Source: Obrimoposthia wandeli (lineage: Eukaryota). From it: a DNA stretch of 64,000 nt. Shown here in pieces: positions 23,547-35,500 of the stretch; positions within the stretch are counted from its first letter, which is position 1, and each line of letters opens with the position of its first letter. A model generated the notes under the pieces. The model searched no databases, was not told where the DNA came from, and saw only the letters and a list, made by a program, of their open reading frames with translations. The stretch is from contig CDROCS010000943.1 in assembly GCA_977020255.1 (NCBI GenBank), positions 124,001-188,000 on the forward strand, read 5' to 3'. The translations under genes were made by a program, and so were the position numbers.

Positions 23547-26500
23547 CTGCACGATGCAAAGCCGACTTCATCAGACTTCTGATACTGGGACTCACACAGT
23601 GTCTCTCACCTGCGTTGACCCTTATTCTAACACTAAGAAGGAAATGATATTTTCACAAATTCTATAAATTACACGAATTAACATTTAACGAAGGTTTTGA
23701 AAACACGAAAATAATTATTATTCATAGAATTTTAGCCATATGGTACCGTACAGCATGAGATATGTTTTGATAATATTCAAATACGTAGGAATTAGTCTTT
23801 AACAACATATTTTTATAATGTCAGAATGTAATGATCAAAAATATTTGTCTTTATAATCTCTAGCACTTGAGGTTGATGACACGTAATTTATTATTATTAA
23901 TGTCATAGCAGCTCTTTGTCTTTAAAATTATTTATATTGTTATAATTTCTTCGAAATAAAGGAAGTTTCTCATATAAATGTTCATAGTAAACTTAAAATA
24001 TTATATTTCTTTTTGTTGTTGAGCTTTAACTGATTGTTCTGATTTGTTTTTGATTTTCTATATGCAATATTTTTAATAAAATCATTTCTCATATTTAACA
24101 AGGATGTCTCAGTTGAGTATTATTGTCTATATGAATGGAATAAACGTAACTTCCTGTTGAACTTTTTATTAATATTAGCACACTTTATTATTATCTTTAT
24201 TACTTCTAAAACTAGTTTTATCATTGTCTGTTGACAAAAAATTGAAATCCAACGTCACAACCCACCACAGACTTTTCATCAACAGTCATTATCATTACTT
24301 TTTACTTTATCGATTCATATTTTCCTCTTCACATTCATAACACAATAACAATTAAAACCGTAGTTTGGCTAATATATCGACATGTGTGTAGTTACAAACC
24401 AATTAACAAATTTAAATTACAACAAAAAGAAAGCTTACGGTTGCCACGTGTGTGCGTGTGTGTCCCCATGGAAACCAATTTCCCCCGAGTACGTCAAGGT
24501 TATTCGAAGATCATTCTTTTGCATAAACGCTTCAATATTTGTGCACGCCACATTCTAATTTTCGATGTCAAATTTTCCAAAAAAATCTTTTGTTTAAATT
24601 TTAAAAAATTTTTAAAAAACCTAAAATATAAAATTTAAGAAAACGTAAAATATTCAAAAACATAAAATTTCCAAAGTACGGGAAAATTTTCAAAAAACTT
24701 AAAATTTTTATATTTTGTATTACTTTTATATCACAAGTAACAAATATTTATCAAAATTTAATCTTAGTGTTTCATAATATTATCCAAAGGAAACTTTCAT
24801 CATAAAGACATTATATAAAGCATTATCATTTAGTTAGATCACATTTGTTTGAATAATATAATATGAAATTGATGTATTTAAACATAATTTTAATCAGATC
24901 AATGTATACCATGTGTATTTTATTTTAATAGGAATTTTATAATATTATCCATTGTTTTATAAAATGAGAATTTGTTTTAACACATCAATGCAATCAATTA
25001 CGCTGGGAAGAGTATATAAGATAACTTTTTAGTTTCATTTCATTAATGATAAAAAGGAATACAAGAGAGAAAAGTTATTGAATGAGGTCCTGAACAACGA
25101 GAAGCCCTTTCTAGCCGAGAAATGCTATCTCGCAGAAGATTTGATGCTCCGGGAGTCTCTTGAAGTAGAAGAGATCCCGGGCCTCATTGGTTGATCTCCA
25201 AATGGCCAACCACTCATACTGCCACATAAAGACTGGCAGTGAATCCTTCACATGCATGACAAGTCCACATTAGAGCTACATCAGAATTGGAAGGGAGGGA
25301 CTCTAACTTTTTATTAGAGTTTTTGGGTGTCTTAAAACATTATATAGAATCATATTTTTAAAAACTTTAGCTACTTACTACTAAAAGTAGTCAACTATCT
25401 ACTGGTAAGAAATTCATTTCTAATTTCATTTAAATTTTCATCAAAATAAGTAGTATATAATTTACTAAACTTTATCAAAATACATTTGATTTCACATTGT
25501 AAACAAAATTGTGTTTTAACACATCGAGGAAATCAATTAGAGAGAGAAGACTATAAAAGAGAAATTCTTTAGTCACATTTTATTATTTTAACAATGGATT
25601 TCCCATAAATGAAGAAGCTATTGGTACGGATAGTGAATTCAAAGAAAGGAGACCTGCATAATCACGTTTTAAATCCTTATTTGTTTGAGATCGTCAGAGC
25701 AGAGTAGAATGAGAAGCTGGGAGCGGTACAAAATAGACCACAAGCTTAAACAAGAAGGATCCGGAATGGAACAAGAAGGTAGAGTTAGAGAATAGAGAAT
25801 TGGCAGAAAGAAGGAAGGTGAAGATGGAAGAAAAACGCAGAAATAAAAGTCATTTGTATCGAGCATGCTATGTGACTTAGGACATATAAATATGCATTCG
25901 TTAAATACCCTAACCCCATCACTCTCGTCCTTAAATTTCCCTATAGCAGTGTTCGCCGTGGTGTAAAGAGGATGTTGTTGTGCAAACTTTGAAGTATCAA
26001 GAATACGGACTTCTAACATAGCCGGTAATAATTCATTGGGAACATCTACATTTCTACATTTTAAGAAGAAACTATCGGTATCCCCAGCAAGTATTCGGAT
26101 ATCACAATCAAACTGTCTCCTATATTTTTCTAACTCTACATATTGCAACTTATACATACGTAAGTTACTAAGATCTAAAATAGCCTGCCCCATACAGCTA
26201 GGCCTATTCAAGCATATGACTTCTTTATTTAGCAATACAGCTATTAAATCATCATCTATTTGTATCGACTTCCTAAATTGAGCTTTGCTGCTATATGTTA
26301 CGAGTTTCTGAGGAGTGTTACAAATCCTTAAATTAATTCGTTTCATCAAATTTTCAATTAATTTTCCCAAAAGCGAATTAACCTTCAGTTTGTAAAAATC
26401 CTTATCAAACTTATTTTGCGAAGAAGCTCTTTTTTGAGTATTATAATCTATATAATCCGCAAAAAAAAAATTTTTAACCTTACTGCTCGATGAATGAAAT

Positions 26501-29500
26501 CTACTTTAGCACCAAGGCTAATATACATTTCCAATAGGCAGGAATGAACAACATACTTTTTCTTCAGATAATGCGTCATTAACAATTTTTCATCTTTACT
26601 CACAGGAGGACACGGCTTTAAGAGGGCTAAAGGGAAATCGTCAAGGAAATCATGTAAATGATTGGGAATACTTAAATTTATTTCTTGCTACAAGATAAAT
26701 CATTGATTATGTTTCCTAATTCCTCTTGATCTAATACCCACTGAAAGTCTCCCACTGGTAGATATTGCGACATCGCCCATCATATAGATTATTAATATCT
26801 ATATAAAGTATATAATCCCCATCTGATGTATCTACTTTATGAGTGTTCACGAAAGTCATACCGCCCCTTATACCGTATGTGAACAGTTTGTGCATCTCAG
26901 GGCCTTGTAATAACTCCACCCTTTTAGCTGATTGACCGTTTGCATTGGTGGATATTGAAAACACCGACTTGAGCGCGCTAGTAAAACTGAGACCTGTAAT
27001 GGAATAATAAATTAAATTTCGAAAACTTAATTATTGAAGAAACACTTTAAGTAAATCAATAATACTAACTGGGTATTGAGAAGAAGTTCAGAGGCTCCAG
27101 TCCGTCTTCATCAATGGCCTTTAATCAGAATGCGGTGAATAAATATGCGAGAAGGTACACATCCAGCTTCAGATAATGGATCATGTAGTCCCATAGATAT
27201 GTGCTTTCCATCTCGACCCACACCTTCTTGGCGAGCTCATATTGATTATCCGTGATTTCTGGTTACCATTTAGGCGGCATACTGGTGATGTTTCTGAGAG
27301 AAGTCTCTGATATGGCCATATCGTAAGGAAATATCCCTTTTCCTCCTATTAGATGAAGCAGGAACACTCTTTTCGTTATTAGCACATCTCCGACATTCTT
27401 CACTAGTTGATCGAGGCTAGCATTCAGGAACTGCAGCGAATAGATGAATTTGATTGTAATCTCCTCGAAGCGCACAATCATTGCCTGGAACTTCTCGTTA
27501 GTTTGGGAATAACACCAATTGACCAATGCGAGAATTTACTCAATGCATGCTTCAGAATATGGTGCATGTCATTTCCTCTCAGGTTATGGGAAACGACTGG
27601 GAGAAAACGACTGGGAGAACACGACTTATCCGGGGAGATAAATTACACGTATAATGAGCAGCACCTAGGAATTCTCCGGTTATGTGATAATGATCCCTCA
27701 TCTTCTTAATGCACCGTTTCTTACACTATACGTGCAAGTAGTTGCAGCATTGTAGCTAGCTTGCTGCATTGGTGTTAGCGGCCGTATAACGTCTTGTACA
27801 TGCTGATTATACCACGAAAGAACTGTTTCTTTTGCTATCATTTCAATTTTCCTAAGAAAATCTACTACACAATTTTCTACAGTGAAAAATGAGTAAATAT
27901 GTGTCTAGGCTGCCTTGATTAAAGATAGTAGCATACCTGCCGCTATTGGGATATGCTGCTGATGATGGATCCCATGAGGTGTAAGCACCACCTCGAAATC
28001 AGCATATATGGCATATGGAGGTGAAATAGTTTTTGAGAAATCCATAAACTCTATATATTTCTCATCGGGCATGGTGTACAATGTTGTATTATCAATATTT
28101 TCAGTACACAGTGGGACATGCTTATGAAACGACTTGATAAGTCTAAAACCATGTAAGCACTTATAGCACCACTTACATTGGATAATAACCGAAAAACCTA
28201 TACGAACATAAGAGCCTATTTAAATCAGGAACTGCTACACAATGATACTTATCCTTATCCACCAAAATAATGAGATTTATGGGCTGGCCTCCTAAATTCG
28301 TACTCCGAAATATTACATCAATATATGGATTCTTATATATCTCCGTTTTTATGGCAAATTCCCTATATGATTATACGTAAAAACGTTAATAGAAAGCTCA
28401 GAGTTTTCTCTCTCAAAGCGCGGAATATTACCTAATTTCATAGGCATGTCACTTTCATCGTAATGCAACTCAGATATGAAAAGCTCATAGGCTTGCGGTG
28501 TATGTATATTTCTAGGTAATAAATTTCGTTTCAAAATAGCCAAAATACTAAATATGAAACATAAATGATTTCCTATATTCCTAACATTAATTACCGCATT
28601 AGCAATCCCTCCCGGTGACGAAATGTATGATTGCTCTTCCAGGTAATTAATTTCACTAGTTTTAGAGACTGTGAAATAAATCTCTAGTAACTTATCCACA
28701 GACCAGTTACTTTTGCGTTCCGAATACTGCTCCAGTTTCGAAGTCAGTAACGCGGATCCATCTTGAAGAAACGATTGTGAAAAAAGAATTGCCCTATTAG
28801 TGACAATCCATTGCTTTGTGTTAGTTACATTTGAGAACTGTATATTAACCCCAAACTGAATTTTTCAGGTTTCAAACTGATCTATCACCTCTCTTAGGGC
28901 ATCCCAAAGATCCGGAGGCACTACAATAATAACTAAATCCCTATTTCTCACATGTAATGAAAGTGAGCAATGAACTCCATTCAATCCCCACTTCTTAACC
29001 ACATTCCCGATCCTTCCCTGCTTCCCCAAGGCTCATCCAACTAACAGCATATTCCGTTTTCTAACACCGGCGGATGTAGACATCCCGGATAAACTTAGCA
29101 TAGCTGGGCCGAAACCACCGACAGTACTACTTAACGAAGTAGATACCGCCACAGAGCTATGAATACCAACAGCAGATATCGAAGCAGCAGATCTCAAAAC
29201 AGGTGATGATGAAACGATAGCAGCAAATGAAATCAATAAAATAAACGGACATTTTTAATCAATTCGTTTTATTTAAGATTGTTTATATCCCTTGTTTATG
29301 CTTTAACCATAATAGACAAAGTTACCCGCATGTCCGTGTTAAAGCATTTTGCTAATGTTTCTTACTAAAATGTACTTTCTTTCCAGAGTCAAGTACTGTA
29401 GATACAAATTTAGATACCATAGGAGTCAAAAACAAATATTTCTTTTTCTTTAACATGTATTACAATCCAATGTTCTCCATGCAAATTAGATGAATGTGTA

Positions 29501-32500
29501 TTGATTACATATCCACCTAGACTCCATTGAAACGTGATCCGAGTAGTTTTCTCCCGTTTTTTTTAAATCTCAAACGAACTATATTATATGTTAATTGATT
29601 AATTCAAACGGACTTACTTCATTAATGTATTCTTGTTGTTGTCGTTCTGTTTATAGTAGTACGGTACCAAATGCTTTAAACTATTAACTAAAACGGATTT
29701 GAATCTGTCATGACTATAATCACGTTTTAACAAAACGATTTGTCGAGTTTCCATTTGAGCATCAATATCGTCATTACTAATATGATATTCAACAATACAT
29801 TCATTCTTGATACCCATACTAGACGCTTTACACTCTTGGGTATTAAAAATTCAATTTGGCATAGTATCAATAAACTCAAGTCGGGGTACCTATTTTCTGA
29901 TAGAAACAACATCGATATGAATCATTCCAAATATAGACATGTGGGAAAATCGATAATGTAGGTATTTCAATTTCAATACAATCATTATTTCTTACAATAA
30001 CTACTTTATCCATTGGAGTGGTATCAAAATCAATTTTGTGAAACATAATGTGCAATAAATTTAGTAGGCATAACAAGATATAATGAAGAAACTTTAGGCT
30101 TATATATTATTTGAAAATCTAATTTTAGACCAATTTGCAAATTACTACCTTAAACAATATTTCGATATTGATTTTATTGAAAATTAATAATCAAGCGAGA
30201 GCAAGCACATATATAGGTTCTGGTAGTAATTTATATGCTAATATGTATTATAATAGAAATATTCGTATAGAAAATATTAATCCAACACTGAAACAATAAC
30301 AAGGCCTACGCGCGTAACTGAAGAACGTAAGCCCTCAAAGGATATGACTAATACTAAACAATTTACATAAACAACATTATTAACAATTAGAAACAAGCTT
30401 CAAAGGATAAACAATTGAATATTTGAAATTTAAATTGTAAATATGAATTTTGAGAATCCAAATTTAGAAAAGCTATATCAGCCTATGCATAAATATCACG
30501 GATATGATATGCATTTTTTGAAGAAATCTCACAACTATAATTTTATTTTTCCTGTCAACATAGAGACGCTTAGATTTGATTTTCAGGTATCAAATTTGAC
30601 TTCAGTAGATAGAGAGAGAATCAATATTATCTTCAAACAATTCGGGATCAAATATGAGATTCAGGAAAACAAATTCATAATCAAGGGACAAAATGCCACT
30701 TTCAAGTAGGAAAATAAAACAATATTCGATGGACATCCTCCTAGATTAGAATGGATTCTCGAAATCAGATTTCAAGTATACAAGATTGAACCCTCTGGAT
30801 TCATAACACTTATATGTAAAATAATCGTGGCAGTTAGAGTTGACTAATAAATTTTTATATGTCTATCTTTGTTTTCTACTTTTTTATAAACAATAGTAAT
30901 AATTTAATTATACTTTATAAGAAAATGAGTGAAAATGCTACTACTAAATCATTAAAAACTAAAAAGACGAAAAATAGTAAAAAGAAAATGATGATAGTGG
31001 GGACTGAGGGTATTCTTTTTATAGTAGGCAATCTTTTAAGTATATGGCTCGGTGGGGTTAATACGAGTGCTCTAAAATTGAAAAATAATATGAATTATAT
31101 TGAAGGTATACAAGAGGGGAATGGTATACTCGATATTTATGTAGGATTACATAAAGCATTCACCTCAATTAAAAAGAATCCTAGTGCATATCTTGGTACA
31201 AAACCTTTCACTAAACAATCCAAAGATCTAAATTTAAAAACATAAAATTAACACATGCTAAATTGTAACCTAATAATTTAGTTTTATAATTTTATGTTTA
31301 TTGAAAATTTTAAGTTTTTAAAAAGTTTGAAAATGTTGAAATTTGAAACAAAAATATTTGTTTAAAACAAAAATGAGCTTGATGCGTTTAAACAAAATAA
31401 TGATCTTTAAATGACCTTTAAATGACCTTCACATGACCTTGATCGTATTCGGGAGAATCAGTTGCGATGGGCACGCACACGTGGCAACCACATGTGTTGT
31501 CATGGCGACTTATGTACGTTTCCATGGCTACAACCTACGTACTCGGGAGAATCTTTCACTTCGGGAGGACCTATTGTCTTGAGTCGAAGTCATCACTTCT
31601 CCCTACTTCCACGATAGAAGAAATCAGGTTCTGTAAAATGATCCAGTCATAAGGTCAAGTTTTGATATCTTCATATGAAATTCAAGAAATGGAAATCGGG
31701 CGAATACGGCAGGTGAAGTAACACATCCCATCGAAACAGTTCTAATGTTTCTTAGTCACGTTTGGCAGTATATGGTATTGCACTGTCATGTTGAAAAATC
31801 CTTTTGTCTTATCTTTTGTCATATTCTGGGCGTTTTTCCTTAAGCTCAGCCGAAATTAACTAATTGTTCTTGTTAGCGATCAGCACTGATTGTTTCAGAC
31901 GGTCTCAGCAGCTCATAATAGAAAACGCTTTTCTGGACCCATTTTATACACCTTAATTGCACGTTGGTTTTATTTTGACATTGATGTTAATGGCTGGCCT
32001 GGTTTCACTCATGATTTTCTTTTATTTGGATTATAGTAATACATCCATTTATTATCACCAGTAACAATTCGTCGGAAAAATTACTTCTGTTTTTGCTTCC
32101 GAAGCAAATAAGTTAATATGTCTTTCATTTGAATCATGGACTAACCCATTTTCATATTTTTGAATCATTCTCATTTCTTTTAAACGTTTGCTTACAGTCA
32201 ATATATTTTTTTTAAAAATGCGATATTCTAAATGTTATAAAATTAAATCCTTCTAAATATCTAAGCAAAGTTATAATAATGTTGCTCAACTAAAGTATGT
32301 TTCTATTTCAAATATGTGTGCTTGCAATTTTGAGCACAATTTTCTTGTTTATTTTATAGTGTTGTCAAAGTTTTCTGTTTATTCAAAACTTTTGAAAATT
32401 TAAATAACTTTATTTCAGTATATTTCAGTTGCAATACTTTATAAGAAAAACAGAAACAGAACAAACAAGAACAAAGAGAAATGACCAGAATATAGATTCG

Positions 32501-35500
32501 GGAAAGGAGCCTTATCAAATATTGACGAAGACACCGTTGCTAGCAGCCAGTTGTGATTCTTTGTGTTGTTGCCAGGCTGCTAAACAAAGGCTTTGACTCA
32601 ATGAAGATGTCCGCATTTTAGGGAAGAACTCTAAATCAGTCATTTGTGACAACCACAGATCTAATCAGATAGTGAAATGAAAAAATAAAATGTTTTTACA
32701 TCTCTATTTTCATGATAATTTCACACGAAGAAGTTTATCGAAACATTTAATTGCAACAATTCCATTCATACGAAAGTTATTCAAAAGTTTACAGAATAAC
32801 TTATAAGTTGTTAATCAATGTAAAGTTTTGAACACGTAACAATTTTTTTATTGAATAAAAAATTTACAAAGTTTTAATGAATGAAGACACTATTCACAGT
32901 CACCGCTCAATTATTTTCTTTCTCTACTCGTCCACTGAAGAACAGAAGATGAAGTGAACCACGGTCTATGAATGGGTGAATCGAATAAAGGAATTGAGAT
33001 GCTCCCTTTATGATTTGAAACGGTCTAGTAGCCCTCTATCCTCTTTGATAAATGGAAATGTTAATGCAGTTCAGCCTAAGATAGACAGTTGTTGGCAGAC
33101 TGACAATTGAGACATACGTCGTGAATCAGGCCTTGGAGTTGCAACAGTACACAAGGTTTGATACAAAGAGCTCGACAGGTGCACGTTAAATGCACGATGG
33201 GAACTGAAATTGCTGACAGTGGAACAGAAAATAGGAAGTCTCAAAGTTACTGTTTTGCAGCGCCTGAGAACTGTGGACAAAACCTGGCGGTTTTTTACAA
33301 TCCACAGACAGATTAAGGTTAAGGTCAATAACAAAATGTGGCATATGAAGGTCATTACATTGCAAAGTGTACACTTCCATAAATTTATTTTTAAAAGTTC
33401 GTTTTTTTAATCAATATTATTCAGTCACTTTCGAACAACCCTTTTATTAACAAAAAGTAAATATTCTAGTTTTAAATAAAATATAAATAATTTAATTACA
33501 AAAGCAGTAGATTTGGAGAATAAAAAAAGTTTTATTATCTTTAACAAAAACGTTTTTCATTAATCAAATAATAGGAGTTCAATTTTTTCTTTCTGACAAC
33601 TGCAACATAATAAAATGAATACAAGTACTTTTGAAAATGCTTTAAAATGTCAATTTGTATGTAAAAATGGACAAATAAACAAAGTCAGTTATTCAGACAA
33701 ATTCAATCTCCAAATTATGGGACCTTATTACATGCAAAATCTAAAATATTAAATTAACATTTCATAATTATAAAAGTTTAGTGTTCACATTAAGCAGGTG
33801 CCCCGTTTTGAAAGTTATTTCATAAGAAAAGTTATACCTCAAATTTTAAAATGTTCACTTTAAACAGGTTTGACTGTTGAAAATTTATAAAAATTAAAAC
33901 AGTCCTTTTTCAAAAAAACGTAAATATTAAAAACATTAGTTTCATGTTGTAAATGCGAGCCCAAAATAACTAACAAATTTATCGAAAATTTGGATGTTAA
34001 TTTGTAAAAAAAATATTTTCACTTGAGAACATTTTCCTGAGAATCTTTCCACACTAGAAAAAATAAATGTACTTAAAAAACGATTTCTAAGTGTTATAAA
34101 AGAGAATTAATGCCGGTTTTGGAGAATTTGCATGCCGATTTATGTGGTAATACACCCAGTTTCCTTCACGTATATGGGTATTTTCACGCCCATTTAGGGA
34201 AATTTGTTTATTACCAATGATTCTCTCTGAATTACCGGAATTAATTTATGCAAAGAAGGATCAAAACAAATTCAAATAAAATTTTAATAGAAATTCCGAT
34301 GTTAATGTCTGCTTTTGTTATAAAATTTTTATATATCAGCCCCATCATATATATTTTGAAAGAATTGAATTAAGTAAATTGTATATATTGAAAGCATTTT
34401 TAACAATAATTTAGCCAGCATTTAACTACTTTCCAATCAACACAATAAACTGTAAAAAGTCAACATGGGCTAAGAAATTCTGAATATGCGTGGAATCGAA
34501 AAATGTTTTTCTGACAATGATAATACGTGTTTCTTTATAATTTTAATAAGTATAAGGTATTTAAAAGAATTAAAATAAGTTTACTTTAATTATATATAAA
34601 AATTATAATAATTACTTGATAATATATGCATTTTTAAAAAGATTAACAATAAAGAAATGTTTTAAAGCAATATATTTTTCGAAATTTATTTTTAACTATT
34701 AAGTAAACCTTTTAATTATTATGCTAATTCTATACTGATTTACTCTGGCTTACATGACTTGCAGACTCAAATATCATTTCATAGTTCTGACATGCACGAC
34801 AGACATCCTCCGTTTCGTTGCGGTGAAGAGATAGCAAAGGTGTATTCGTCTTGACAATTTCACTTAAAACACTTGCTGCGTTTGATTTCCTTATGACACG
34901 TATTCTGCAACGTGTAAAAGTAACTATCTTATAGAAGATTGCTTTAAAATCATATCAACAGAAATAATATACTCATTTAGTCCACATATTTCTAAGATGT
35001 TGTAAAACACATGAACTGGCCAATGTCAGGTCCAGATTTAGTGGAATGGCACTTAACATTTCCTCTGATTTATCTACGTCACATTTTGTTCGGTTATAAA
35101 CGATTTATCTCTGGAGTTTGTTTCTGCGTTTCAAGAATCGTTCCTATATTATACATACTTGAAAGTAAGTACAACATTTGTTTTTGTCGCTTTAGAAGCA
35201 ATTGTGGAAAGTGTCATTGTGGAGGAATGAAGAATTCAGAATCATGAGCTCGTCATTTCAGTTAGTATGTCCATTATATTTGCTCGAACGGTGCCAACCA
35301 ATGACTTCTTTCTTTCCAAAAGTTTATTTACAAAGTCTAAAAGTATAAAATGTTGTTGGAAGTCGGAAGTTTGTGTGCAAGTTAATCAATAAATTTTTAA
35401 ATAAATAGTTCTATTCAATATGGCTTTATTACAAATCAATTAATACTAATATATAATATTTAAATTTGTACTCGCCAATTGACTGTGTTGAAAACCATTT

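Larger units (their letters stand above)
24436..31607. mobile_element. Polinton/Maverick element 2 (~7.2 kb) in clarin intron 2
   Basis: Degenerate inverted repeats (24436-24700 vs 31270-31490), right terminus TCTCCCTACT at 31607, pPolB and adenain-like protease remnants. The outermost left TIR appears lost. Confidence 0.85.

Noticed and set aside
23260-23595. SLC5-type transporter last exon
   Set aside because: Better explained as clarin exon 3: phase-compatible with exon 2 and ends in the clarin-like LMY*.
24300-24435. Left terminus and TSD of Polinton 2
   Set aside because: No AGTAGGG start and no TCCACG target copy found; the outer left TIR appears deleted.
26036-26281. Plus-strand 81-aa ORF (also 27407-27709)
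   Set aside because: Antisense shadows of pPolB.
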